From an uncultured Methanosarcinales archaeon (GTDB taxonomy: Archaea > Nanobdellota > Nanobdellia > Woesearchaeales > DATDXC01): a DNA stretch of 64,000 nt. The notes beneath the pieces were generated by a model. It searched no databases. It was not told the DNA's origin and saw only the letters and a program-made list of their open reading frames with translations. The DNA is taken from positions 1-64,000 of the forward strand of contig CAZDZV010000005.1 in assembly GCA_964510025.1 (NCBI GenBank), read 5' to 3'. Shown piece after piece: positions 1 to 9,383 of the stretch. Positions within the stretch are counted from its first letter, which is position 1, and each line of letters starts with the position of its first letter. The translations under genes were made by a program, and so were the position numbers.

Positions 1-309
1 GGATATACATCAGCAAGGTTTATCAGCTTTCTGGGAGGCCTTGTGACAGATCAGATGATCAGGGATGCTGCAAGAGGTTACGCAAAAGAGCATGGAATAC
101 CAAGATACAGAGCAGAAGTTGATGAAGAATACAGGCAGGCAAGAAGGAATGACAAAACACCTGGTATAAGGCAGAGAATCCTGGGTGCTTACCTTAATGT
201 AACTGAGCCTGGAAAAGAGCTGCAGAGAACGCCCAAACCACTGCCTAAGGACAGGCGTTTTAAGGAAAAACCTAAGATCCCTTCCACATTTCTTTTTGGG
301 CATGCATAA
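1..309 (+). CDS. Hypothetical protein, 5'-partial
   Basis: The frame of ORF 43..309 is open back to base 1; basic C-terminus; no recognised motif. Confidence 0.55.
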   Translation, partial: GYTSARFISFLGGLVTDQMIRDAARGYAKEHGIPRYRAEVDEEYRQARRNDKTPGIRQRILGAYLNVTEPGKELQRTPKPLPKDRRFKEKPKIPSTFLFGHA

Positions 310-344
310 GATTTCTCACTAATTCTTTTTGTTATAAGAGTTTA

Positions 345-382
345 GGCAGAATACCCACAAATTTATTTGTGGGATGAATGCC
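345..382. repeat. Palindromic hairpin between convergent genes (terminator or IS200/IS605-type end remnant)
   Basis: CCCACAAAT-TT-ATTTGTGGG perfect 9-bp stem (354-373) inside outer GGCA...TGCC arms. Confidence 0.5.
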
Positions 383-421
383 GATATTCATAGATGAAGT
401 AGATAATCCACAAAGAAAAGA

Positions 422-2329
422 CTACGGCAATGCAGCACCTCCAATAAACTTATATTCGTTTTTTCCAGGAGTCTTATAAATAACACTTTGATAGCCATAA
501 CTAGATTCATCAACTTCACATTCTAGCACCCAATCTTTACACCACCCCCAAACATTAAATGAAGCACATGGCCTAGGATCTGCGTTGTTTTTACTATCCC
601 AACCTTCTGCAAGCTCAATTTCGTTACCTAGGCAGTCATCCTCCATCCTATCCATTGCTACTTGTTTTGAGCTATCGAGATTAAATACATTAGATTGTTC
701 AGGAATATATTTACATTCGCTTGTTGAACTCTTGTAACAATAGTCAAAGGTGGAGGGATTGCTATCATCACAGTCATCATTACTACCGCAAGTAGTGATA
801 CCCTGACAGCTGACATCTCCCGGACCAATTTTATCACAGCAATATTGTGAATCACTGCTCTGTCTGAATTGACCACCAACACATTCCTCATTTTGTTTGC
901 ATATGACCCCGTTTAATTCGGAACAGGTCTGCAATACACATTCACCACCGACGCATTTTTCCCCATAACTACAAAATATATTTTCACATGGATCAGACTC
1001 TTCAGTTTTACACTGACCTAAACAACATCCACTTTGGTATTTTCCGTCAATAGAAGCAAAAATTGTATTCCCTTCACATATCTGTGAATTATCGCATATG
1101 ATTCCCCCCCTTTCCACACATGTTTTAAAGACACAACCTAACTGTCCAGTACTTTCAACTGTCCCGCATTTCATATTCTCAGGACAATCAACATCATCAC
1201 AGTTTTTTGGATATGATTTGCAAACACCCACACAACACGTGCCGTTTTTTATCTTGGACTGGATTTGCATAATTGCAGATGTCACTGTTCCTGAACAGAT
1301 TTCAGGACAAAGTGTTCCACCGGCAGATTCACATTGAATTCGAGAATTTTTATCTTCATATTTTCCGATACAACAAGTGCCTGTCGTGCCTTTTACTCGC
1401 AGTTCTGCTGAAAGTATCCTTTCTCCATCACAATTATTCCAGTTATCAACAAGTATTCCACCTAGTTCGGAGCAAGTTTTACTTGTATCATAACACTCCC
1501 CAAAACAACAATTTTTGCCATTCATTTGCCTAGATCCCGAAGGACATTGATCATCGGGCCCGTCACAAACTACCCCTCCTTCCTTTACGCAAGGTTCCAC
1601 ATAAGACTCAGTATTAGATTCCATTTCTTCTTCTATATAGGTACATTCCTGGGTTGTTAGTGGTTTGCTTTTGTCTGTTCCACAAGAATTAGAGTCAGTA
1701 CATGATCTTGTTTGCTCACCTTTTTCAGTGCACTCTGACCAATCTCTGCAACTCCAATCTTCAGTGCATGTGCTTTCATGTATCTTCTTAATATACAGGT
1801 CTGGTATTCCTTCTTGAATATCATTTAATTTGACAACAATATCAAAATAACCATCATTGTCTAAATCAAATTTCTTCTCTTCTCCTATCTTAATATCAAC
1901 CTGAATGGGGTCGCTTTGAATTGTAAGGCTTACGGATTGTTCATCTACAGAGTTGACTTTCACTATATGCTCTTCTTCATTAAGTTTAAACTTAATTTCT
2001 TGGTCTTCTTCTAGACTGAAACTTGTTCCTTCAGATATTATCTCATTTGGAATGGATTTTAAAGAAGGATTTGAAAAAAAGAATATAGATAAACCAACAA
2101 CAATAATCAATAAAATTGGAATCAATATAAACAGAAAATTTTTGCTTGCACTGTTGGTAGGTAAAGGTGTCTCAATTTTATCCTGATTATCTCCTTTTGC
2201 CTGGTTTATAGCCTGATTGATATCTTGTGGAGAGTATCCTTGATTAATCAAAGCATCCTGAATAGACGCAATACTATAGCCCCTCTCAAGATTTTCCTCA
2301 ATATAATCGGTTAGACTGGTAAAAGGCAT
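422..2329 (-). CDS. Membrane-anchored cysteine-rich surface protein
   Basis: 635 aa; short N-terminal helical domain, one TM helix (FLFILIPILLIIVVGLSIFFF), CTEDWSC..WSEC motif, many C..GG..C...CC repeats. Confidence 0.85.
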   Translation of the reverse strand: MPFTSLTDYIEENLERGYSIASIQDALINQGYSPQDINQAINQAKGDNQDKIETPLPTNSASKNFLFILIPILLIIVVGLSIFFFSNPSLKSIPNEIISEGTSFSLEEDQEIKFKLNEEEHIVKVNSVDEQSVSLTIQSDPIQVDIKIGEEKKFDLDNDGYFDIVVKLNDIQEGIPDLYIKKIHESTCTEDWSCRDWSECTEKGEQTRSCTDSNSCGTDKSKPLTTQECTYIEEEMESNTESYVEPCVKEGGVVCDGPDDQCPSGSRQMNGKNCCFGECYDTSKTCSELGGILVDNWNNCDGERILSAELRVKGTTGTCCIGKYEDKNSRIQCESAGGTLCPEICSGTVTSAIMQIQSKIKNGTCCVGVCKSYPKNCDDVDCPENMKCGTVESTGQLGCVFKTCVERGGIICDNSQICEGNTIFASIDGKYQSGCCLGQCKTEESDPCENIFCSYGEKCVGGECVLQTCSELNGVICKQNEECVGGQFRQSSDSQYCCDKIGPGDVSCQGITTCGSNDDCDDSNPSTFDYCYKSSTSECKYIPEQSNVFNLDSSKQVAMDRMEDDCLGNEIELAEGWDSKNNADPRPCASFNVWGWCKDWVLECEVDESSYGYQSVIYKTPGKNEYKFIGGAALP

Positions 2330-2452
2330 TATTAGTCAAAATTGCAATTATTCTTTATAAACATTCCTCTTTCTCAAATTAGGATTTTTTTGAAATCACC
2401 AATTTTCAGTTGTCCTTTTAGTTTCTCAGGACAACCATAAATATCATACTCA

Positions 2453-2537
2453 AACACACCGCGCGGACGCCCTGTAGCTGTCCCTTTGCACCATGGGGAC
2501 GCATTGCCCAATAGATGCCCTACAGCGCGATGATGCT
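2453..2537 (-). ncRNA. Candidate structured non-coding RNA (three-way junction)
   Basis: GC-rich island in an AT-rich intergenic; nested stems AGCAUCAUCGCG/CGCGGUGUGUU (G-U pairs favour the minus strand), CUGUAG/CUACAG, GCAU/AUGC, GUCCC/GGGAC. Confidence 0.4.
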
Positions 2538-2576
2538 GTAAAAAGATTTTTATATTCCTGACTAATCTTTTTGCTT

Positions 2577-2816
2577 ATGTATAGACTAGAGATAGACAAA
2601 GCGATAGAAAGAATAAAGAAAGAAAAAGCAAAGACTGTCTGCATACAGCTGCCGGATGGACTGAAGCCAAAGGCTAAAGAGATAGCTGATAGGATAGAAA
2701 AAGAAACTGATGCTGAAGTGAAGATCTGGGCTGGCTCTTGTTTTGGTGCCTGTGATGTCCCGGAAGTGGATGTTGACTTGCTGATACAATGGGGACATAG
2801 TGAATGGACTGGATAA
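2577..2816 (+). CDS. dph2: Diphthamide synthesis Dph2 family, stand-alone N-terminal fragment
   Basis: IQLPDGLK, SCFGACD and LLIQWGH motifs of the Dph1/Dph2 N-terminus; only about 79 aa. Confidence 0.8.
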   Translation: MYRLEIDKAIERIKKEKAKTVCIQLPDGLKPKAKEIADRIEKETDAEVKIWAGSCFGACDVPEVDVDLLIQWGHSEWTG

Positions 2817-3688
2817 TCCTGGCTTTAGGCGCTGCATTTCTGTGGTCTATCATGGGCATAATACAGAAGTTTGTTAGGGTGACCTATTTTGAAAATTCCC
2901 TTGGATATCTCATATTTATAGCGCCCGCATTTTTCTTTGTCTTTGTGCTGCTGTTTTTTCAGCCTTTCGTGCTCCTAAGCCTGAAGGACAGCCTCCTGGC
3001 CATGTCAACAGGCCTTATGGTAACTGTGGGCGGCTATTTCTATATAGAGGCTATACATAGGGAGGAGGTAAGCAGGGTGTTTATTGCCATGAGCAGCGGC
3101 CCTGTTTTTACATTGCTCTTGTCAATAATATTCTTGGGCGAGGTTTTGACATTCAACCAATACCTGGCCTTTGCCTTAATATTGACAGGTGGCCTGCTGA
3201 TATTGATAAGGAGGATAAACAAGAGATTCAGCGTCAGCACCGGCGTATTGATGACATTGATAACATGTTTCTTCTTTGCCCTGAACAGGATAGTGCTCAA
3301 GCACCTATCTTTCACAAATCTTGCCACCATCATGATATACAAGGAAACTGGATTCTTCATAACCATAGGGGCGATATTGGCCTTATATCCCAAAGCAAGG
3401 ATGCATCTCAGCAAGGTGGTAAAGGATCTTAACATGAGGAAAACAGCTGCTGTCTATTCTGCAGAGATAATAGGCCTATGCGGAGTATTCCTGTCTTATC
3501 TGGCCATACAAAGGGGGCCTGTCTCTTTAGTCGCTGTCATAGAAAGATTTGAAGTTGTGTTCCTGTTGGTAATTAGCTACGCTGTGTCAAAGATCAATGC
3601 CAGCTGGATAAAAGAAGAAGCAAGCACACTTCCGACAAAACTGGTCTCGCTGATAGTGATGGCTGCAGGGATATACCTTTTATACTAG
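2804..3688 (+). CDS. EamA/DMT family transporter
   Basis: 294 aa, about 10 TM helices in two repeats, IFLGEVLT and GPVSLV motifs. Confidence 0.85.
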   Translation: MDWIILALGAAFLWSIMGIIQKFVRVTYFENSLGYLIFIAPAFFFVFVLLFFQPFVLLSLKDSLLAMSTGLMVTVGGYFYIEAIHREEVSRVFIAMSSGPVFTLLLSIIFLGEVLTFNQYLAFALILTGGLLILIRRINKRFSVSTGVLMTLITCFFFALNRIVLKHLSFTNLATIMIYKETGFFITIGAILALYPKARMHLSKVVKDLNMRKTAAVYSAEIIGLCGVFLSYLAIQRGPVSLVAVIERFEVVFLLVISYAVSKINASWIKEEASTLPTKLVSLIVMAAGIYLLY

Positions 3689-4083
3689 GTCACATAGGTT
3701 GCCCAGACTTTTCTGAGGTCATTGTTCATAGGCAGGAGACCATACCAGCGCATCTGTTTTATAGTAACAGCCTTAACAGGGTCAGGCTTATCCTGCGCAA
3801 AGCTGTTCTTCACATCTGAATAGGCTTTCTTAACTGATGCCCTTATCTTCTGGTAGGATGATGAAATGAACTCATGGAAATAGTCAAAAGCTGCCAGAAC
3901 AGGATTGTTTGGCCTTGCAGGCTCTGGTTCTGCTTCATGGGCTATGGTTTCGATGGCATCCTCTGCTTGTATTTTTGTATCTAGAGTATTGTTGTCTATC
4001 GCAACCTCTTGCACATGTTCAGTTTCCTGTCTTGGCTGATAAACCAAGCACAGATCCACAATAAGATCTCTTAAACATATCAT
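3685..4083 (-). CDS. Hypothetical protein
   Basis: 132 aa ORF filling the space between neighbours; upstream TTTAAA box. Confidence 0.6.
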   Translation of the reverse strand: MICLRDLIVDLCLVYQPRQETEHVQEVAIDNNTLDTKIQAEDAIETIAHEAEPEPARPNNPVLAAFDYFHEFISSSYQKIRASVKKAYSDVKNSFAQDKPDPVKAVTIKQMRWYGLLPMNNDLRKVWATYVT

Positions 4084-4206
4084 TTTGAAGATATAATTCT
4101 TTACTCCTTATTTAAAAAGCTTTGGTTTACTTTTTTAAACAAATTTAGCTTTTAGATTTCAAAATCGAAATGTTTATATACGAAGCATATTTATTCTGGT
4201 TTCAAA

Positions 4207-4749
4207 ATGAAACTAACAAAAAATGAAAAAACATTCCTGGAAACGCTTATCAAAAATCCGTCGGCAAGCAATGTGGAGATAGCTGAGAAGCTGAATATCA
4301 CGACCCAGGGAGTAGGGAAGCTTAGGAAGAACATTGACAGGAAAGGCATTATCTCAAGGTTCGAGACAATCCTCGATTACGAAAAGATGGATATAAAATT
4401 CTTTGCCCTCACGCTCGTAAAGATAATGCCCAAAGCATTCAGAAAATACAAAAAAGAGATAGAAGATGTACTGTCTCATCCAAACATAATAGCCCTGATA
4501 AAGGTGCCGCAGACAAAGATAACAAACATAATACTATTTGGCTTCAGGAACGTTACAGAGTATGATACCTTCTTCATGACGCTTCAGTCAAAGCTGCCCG
4601 GACTCATAGAAATAAAGGAGTCGTATGTCTTTTCCAACGAAAGCTTTATTAAGAATTCTCCAGCTGAACTCTTCATAAATGTTATCCGCGAGCATGGGGA
4701 GGAAAAGATCTCCAAGCCCAGGCCTCCAGAGATAGAGCAGAACAAATGA
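4207..4749 (+). CDS. Lrp/AsnC family transcriptional regulator
   Basis: N-terminal HTH (SNVEIAEKLNITTQGV) then ILDYEKMD linker and RAM-like domain. Confidence 0.8.
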   Translation: MKLTKNEKTFLETLIKNPSASNVEIAEKLNITTQGVGKLRKNIDRKGIISRFETILDYEKMDIKFFALTLVKIMPKAFRKYKKEIEDVLSHPNIIALIKVPQTKITNIILFGFRNVTEYDTFFMTLQSKLPGLIEIKESYVFSNESFIKNSPAELFINVIREHGEEKISKPRPPEIEQNK

Positions 4750-5141
4750 AAACCCATTTTATTGTCACCGGCATTGTCAAGAACAAGGACAGATTCCTCA
4801 TACTCAGGAAATCTCCGGATGACAGAAACTATCCCAACAAATGGAGCTTCTGCTCCGGATTTGTAAAGGAGTTTGAGCCTGCTGAGGATGCATGCAAGAG
4901 GGAAGTGAAAGAAGAGACCGGGCTTGACTGCAAGATCATGACAGGCGAGATGGTGGAAGTATATGATGAAAAGAAAGATATCAAGTGGGTGATCGCTGTG
5001 TATCTGTGCAAGGCTGATTCCATGGAAGTGCATCTGGATCATGAGAATGTGGACTACAAATGGATATCCCTGGATGAAATGGACAGCTATGATTTTGTGC
5101 CTGGACTAAGAAAGGACCTGGCAGGTGTTCTGGAGAGATAA
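4746..5141 (+). CDS. NUDIX hydrolase
   Basis: Nudix box G..KEFE....ACKREVKEETGL. Confidence 0.9.
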   Translation: MKTHFIVTGIVKNKDRFLILRKSPDDRNYPNKWSFCSGFVKEFEPAEDACKREVKEETGLDCKIMTGEMVEVYDEKKDIKWVIAVYLCKADSMEVHLDHENVDYKWISLDEMDSYDFVPGLRKDLAGVLER

Positions 5142-5809
5142 TGCTTCTAAAAAATATTAAGAACCAGATTCCTGACAAGCTTTTTAGTGTGCTAAGCGGT
5201 GAGATAGGGGAGCTGAGGCCTTCCCAGGAGAAAGCAATCAAGAAAGGATTGCTAAAGGGAAAGAACCTTCTTGTCTGCACGCCAACTGCTTCTGGAAAAA
5301 CCCTGATTGCTGAGATAGCTGCTTTCAAGACCATCCTTGAGCAAAGAAAGAAAGCTGTCTATATTGTCCCGTTAAAGGCACTGGCCAATGAGAAATTCAA
5401 GGATTTTGGGAAAAGATACGGAAAGATGGCCAGAATAGCCCTATCTATAGGCAACCTGGATTCAGCAGATCCCTATCTCGCAGACTATGACCTTGTAATA
5501 GCCACTGCTGAGAAGATGGATTCATTGTTAAGGCATCACAGCCCATGGCTGCACGATATTGGGGTATTGATAGTCGATGAGATCCATCTGCTCAATGATG
5601 TAGGAAGAGGGCCTACGCTGGAGGTCTTGATAACGCTCCTGAAGCAGCTTATCAAGATGCAGATAATAGGATTATCTGCCACAATAGGAAATCCTGAGGA
5701 GCTTGCAGAATGGCTGGAAGCAGAGCTTGTTGTGGACAAATGGCGGCCTGTCGAGCTTAAGAAAGGTGTTTATTTTGACGGCAACCTAGAATTCTTTACT
5801 ACAAATTAG
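5141..5809 (+). CDS. hel308: Hel308/Ski2-like helicase, N-terminal RecA1 half (split gene)
   Basis: Q motif (LRPSQ), Walker A PTASGKT, PLKALANEK, DEIH, SAT, WRPV; ends at 222 aa with no motifs IV-VI. Confidence 0.9.
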   Translation: MLLKNIKNQIPDKLFSVLSGEIGELRPSQEKAIKKGLLKGKNLLVCTPTASGKTLIAEIAAFKTILEQRKKAVYIVPLKALANEKFKDFGKRYGKMARIALSIGNLDSADPYLADYDLVIATAEKMDSLLRHHSPWLHDIGVLIVDEIHLLNDVGRGPTLEVLITLLKQLIKMQIIGLSATIGNPEELAEWLEAELVVDKWRPVELKKGVYFDGNLEFFTTN

Positions 5810-5859
5810 TAGTAATAAAACGAAAGATTTAAATAGTAGTTAGGATAAATGGATATAAT

Positions 5860-6303
5860 ATGCCAACATACCAACCTAGAGAGCAGCCAGGAGGCAACCA
5901 TTATAGGCCATTAGCAGTCCTGCTGGCAGCAGCTGTAACAGCCGGCTGCGGAGATTACAGGGACCCCCATCCTACTGAGGGCATTTTTGTATGGAATCGA
6001 GTAACAGCAAAAAAGGCCGAAGAGCTGCTGGCTAGCGGAAGGATGAACCATTGTGTGGTAGATTTCAGTGACAGAGACGGGGTTGAAAGGGCTGTAGTTG
6101 AAGATGCGGATGGAAATGTTGTGCACGAATTTGGACTTGGTGGAAGGGTTGATTCTGTTCCTTTGCCAGATGCAACTGCCCGATACAGGCTAAGAGTATA
6201 TGATGATCTAGGCAACCAGGCTGTTTTTGAGCCAGGAAGAGACACGCGTGGAAAAGCAGATGCTTATATTAGGATGATAAGACATGGAAAAGGAAGGCGC
6301 TAA
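5860..6303 (+). CDS. Hypothetical lipoprotein-like protein
   Basis: Hydrophobic stretch ending in a lipobox-like TAGC; own TATA box upstream. Confidence 0.65.
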   Translation: MPTYQPREQPGGNHYRPLAVLLAAAVTAGCGDYRDPHPTEGIFVWNRVTAKKAEELLASGRMNHCVVDFSDRDGVERAVVEDADGNVVHEFGLGGRVDSVPLPDATARYRLRVYDDLGNQAVFEPGRDTRGKADAYIRMIRHGKGRR

Positions 6304-9300
6304 TCCATCTCTACTTCAAACTGGATATTCTTAAATCTTTGCAGGTAACCAGGTTCATTATAGTCATAAAAAGAGAGATAATAGCTGCCTGCAGAAAATG
6401 TGCCTGGCACACGATAGCTAAATGTAACATTAGACTTACAGATGCCGGTGGGGCAGTCTAGGATAATCTCATCAACCTTATCATGTTCATGGTCCCTTAT
6501 TGAGATCATCTTATTAACACCTTCTGAGCCGGGAGCAATCTCTATAGATATATCCTCTCCGATGACAGCTATCTCAGGCACCTCAATATTTAGTTCAGTG
6601 TGATGGCTGCCATAGTTAGTGAAATTATAATGTTTCCAGCTGGAATCCGAATAGTCAAAGATCTTTATGATATAGTCATCTGAAATCCAGGATTCCGGAG
6701 TCGAATAAGAGAGGGTGACCGGATCAGTGCATCTTGACCGGTCGCATAGCAAGAAGCTTTTTTTGTATATTGAGCCAGTGCGATAGACCCATGCCCTTTG
6801 GTATATCCCTTCAGGAGGCGGGTTGAAGTATATGTTAAAGCTATCATTCATAAAGGTCGTTTCACCTAAGCAGACTATGTCTTCACAACCGTCATAGCAG
6901 GAACAAGAACCAAGGAAGCAGTATGGGATAGAGTCCGGGTAATTATCCTGGCAGTATGGATCGCATTCAGAAGAAATATTGCACCTGTTGCATTTTGTAG
7001 TCATGCAGTTTCTGTTGAGATCATCTTCACAGTATTCATCTTCATCTGATGGTATGTCTAAGATGCAGCTGCCGCCGCAGTCGATGCCTTCTTCGTCTTG
7101 ATCCTGAACTTCATTTGAACAATGCTCAGGATAGCATTCTGGACAGCTGCCGCCGCAGTCGATGCCTTCTTCATCGCCATTTTGAATATCATCATCACAG
7201 CTTGGCGGACAAGACGTCGAGCATTCGCCTCCGCAGTCGATGCCCTGCTCCCCGTTATCCTGTACACCGTTATTGCAGAAGCATTCCCTCAGATATAGTA
7301 TCTCGACATTCAGGTCCAGGCTTGAATCAACAGCTCCTGGAGGAATAGAGTAGTTCAGAGCTCCGACAATAATCTCCATGCCTGAGCTATCCACCAGGTA
7401 GTTATTTGATAAAAGCACATCGTATTGACATTCATCCAGAATAGAATCATCCTCATATATAAGCAACCTTACATCATCTCCGTCCACTTCTCCAAGAAGA
7501 GCTGAGTAGTTGAATGTCCTTGTAACATCCTTGTTAAAGGTGTATTCAGGCAAGAAATGATATGCAGTACCACTGTATGCAAAATTTTCTATATCCCTTA
7601 CAAGATACACTGAATTTGAATTATCCCTGTTTTTAATTTCCTCTTTTGTCTTTTCTACGTCCTCTTTAAGATCCGGGCAGCATTCTAATTTCCTTTGCAA
7701 AGCATCAAGGTCAATGTCTGCTTCCAGCCATAGAAATTGGTCATATGATATGTCTATTGAACCGAATGTATAGGGAAATCTCTTATAGATGTTCCAGTCA
7801 ATGAACTCATATCTTGGGCTGTCATGGTATTTCCTCTCAACTCTTTTAAGGCTCCAGGTAACTTTAGATGCTGACAGTTTCCCATCCCTATAGGCCCCAT
7901 AGTCACCTGACGACCACCAGCTGTAACCATTCCTAGCAGGCATTAGACAGTAATATCTGTATTCTGTATATTCTCCTGTCTCTATTTTTTCTGGAGAACC
8001 AGGCTTCATCGGATGGTCATGACCATCCTTGGAACAAACATTTGTACCTTCTTCCGAAGCTGTGAAAGCTTTGATAAGATCAATGACTGAATCCCTATCA
8101 ACTTTTTCCTCCACTTTCTTCCCTGATTCCATATCCTGTACCCTAAATATGAACGAATTTTTTGAATCTGAAATTTTTTCTGTGCTTATCTTCAGACTCT
8201 GTATTTCTTTGCCGGTATCAATCATATCTGAAATCTTTTTGAGAAAAGCTGCATCATCAGACCTTTTATTCAGTTCCTTCTTTAGCTCTTCTTTATTTGG
8301 CGAACCATGCTGGCCATTCCTTAGATAGATATCAATCTCAATTTCGGGTGTCCCGCAGACCTCTGGATCTGGGCTGAAGATAAACTCCAGCTGTTGTGGG
8401 ACTACCCGGATCAAGCCTCCGTTTTGTTCGATATTTTCTCCTGCCTCTGCCCTGTCCATAAGATCCTGGTAATGGAAATAGGATAATACAGCTCTGCGTA
8501 GCCTATCACTTTCTTTTTCGCCCTTGCGTTTAGCGTTTTCTTCATGCTCTCCGTAGTTGTTATAAACACCGCCGGCCCATACATGCCTCATCTTGAACGT
8601 ACCGATAGAGGCTGGACCATCAGGGCACAGCTTCACCTTGGCATCATTTTTTTCATATACCATATTAGGCGGCTGGTCTGTAAGCTGGCCGACAGATGCC
8701 TTTAGATAAACATCCCAGTCCACTGGTAGAGATGAATCATTCTTAGGCCGATTGGCGTAGTCATCAGGTATAGTCCATAGGCTGTCTGCCTCTGTTATCT
8801 CAACATATGCTGAATCAGCTTCCTGTGGATTCTTGATGCCCACCTTAGTGGTCGGGTAGTCCAGGCTTGAATATGTTATCGGGCCGTCATTCTCTTCCTT
8901 GTTATAGTATTGCGCCCATATATCGTTCCCCCTTAGGTGAGCTGCATCTATCCCGACATGGCCTGATGAGTGAGCTGGAACAATAATGCCATCAACATCT
9001 TCGTTGTTGCCTGTGCTGGGCTGTTTCCTATCATCAGGATATTTCTTGAAGTGGAATCCTTCATACGGCACCTTTTTCGCGCTAAACTCCCCCCCATTAT
9101 AATCATCATCATATTTGGTGTCCAGGTCCTGTATATGGCCATATGCAATGCCTAACTCCTTCTGATCGCATATGGTTATGCTTGTAGGAGTGTTCATTGG
9201 GCAGGGTCCTTTAGCATCTGCAGCAAGAACTGTAGATGTGACAGAATAGACCAGGATGCCTGTCAATATCGCTATAGATATGAAAATAATGCTGTCTCTG

Positions 9301-9305
9301 GCCAT
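6300..9305 (-). CDS. Large secreted/surface protein with Cys-rich repeats
   Basis: 1001 aa; signal peptide; three C..xxQ[DN]xxExGIDCGG[ES]C repeats; two related C-terminal beta-rich domains. Confidence 0.85.
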   Translation of the reverse strand: MARDSIIFISIAILTGILVYSVTSTVLAADAKGPCPMNTPTSITICDQKELGIAYGHIQDLDTKYDDDYNGGEFSAKKVPYEGFHFKKYPDDRKQPSTGNNEDVDGIIVPAHSSGHVGIDAAHLRGNDIWAQYYNKEENDGPITYSSLDYPTTKVGIKNPQEADSAYVEITEADSLWTIPDDYANRPKNDSSLPVDWDVYLKASVGQLTDQPPNMVYEKNDAKVKLCPDGPASIGTFKMRHVWAGGVYNNYGEHEENAKRKGEKESDRLRRAVLSYFHYQDLMDRAEAGENIEQNGGLIRVVPQQLEFIFSPDPEVCGTPEIEIDIYLRNGQHGSPNKEELKKELNKRSDDAAFLKKISDMIDTGKEIQSLKISTEKISDSKNSFIFRVQDMESGKKVEEKVDRDSVIDLIKAFTASEEGTNVCSKDGHDHPMKPGSPEKIETGEYTEYRYYCLMPARNGYSWWSSGDYGAYRDGKLSASKVTWSLKRVERKYHDSPRYEFIDWNIYKRFPYTFGSIDISYDQFLWLEADIDLDALQRKLECCPDLKEDVEKTKEEIKNRDNSNSVYLVRDIENFAYSGTAYHFLPEYTFNKDVTRTFNYSALLGEVDGDDVRLLIYEDDSILDECQYDVLLSNNYLVDSSGMEIIVGALNYSIPPGAVDSSLDLNVEILYLRECFCNNGVQDNGEQGIDCGGECSTSCPPSCDDDIQNGDEEGIDCGGSCPECYPEHCSNEVQDQDEEGIDCGGSCILDIPSDEDEYCEDDLNRNCMTTKCNRCNISSECDPYCQDNYPDSIPYCFLGSCSCYDGCEDIVCLGETTFMNDSFNIYFNPPPEGIYQRAWVYRTGSIYKKSFLLCDRSRCTDPVTLSYSTPESWISDDYIIKIFDYSDSSWKHYNFTNYGSHHTELNIEVPEIAVIGEDISIEIAPGSEGVNKMISIRDHEHDKVDEIILDCPTGICKSNVTFSYRVPGTFSAGSYYLSFYDYNEPGYLQRFKNIQFEVEMD

Positions 9306-9383
9306 TATATCAATCCTAGGTTCACTACTATATAAAATTTTTCTTAGAAAGATTTAAAAGTCCCAACAATAAATATTCTGTGC

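Noticed and set aside
2453..2537. tRNA, 5S rRNA, SRP RNA or hammerhead identity for the structured element
   Set aside because: No T-loop or anticodon arm, no 5S or SRP helix-8 consensus, no CUGAnGA/GAAA core; kept only as an unassigned candidate
4161..4190. Second dif half-site (TATACGAA)
   Set aside because: No matching inverted arm; it is part of the BRE/TATA promoter of the Lrp-like gene
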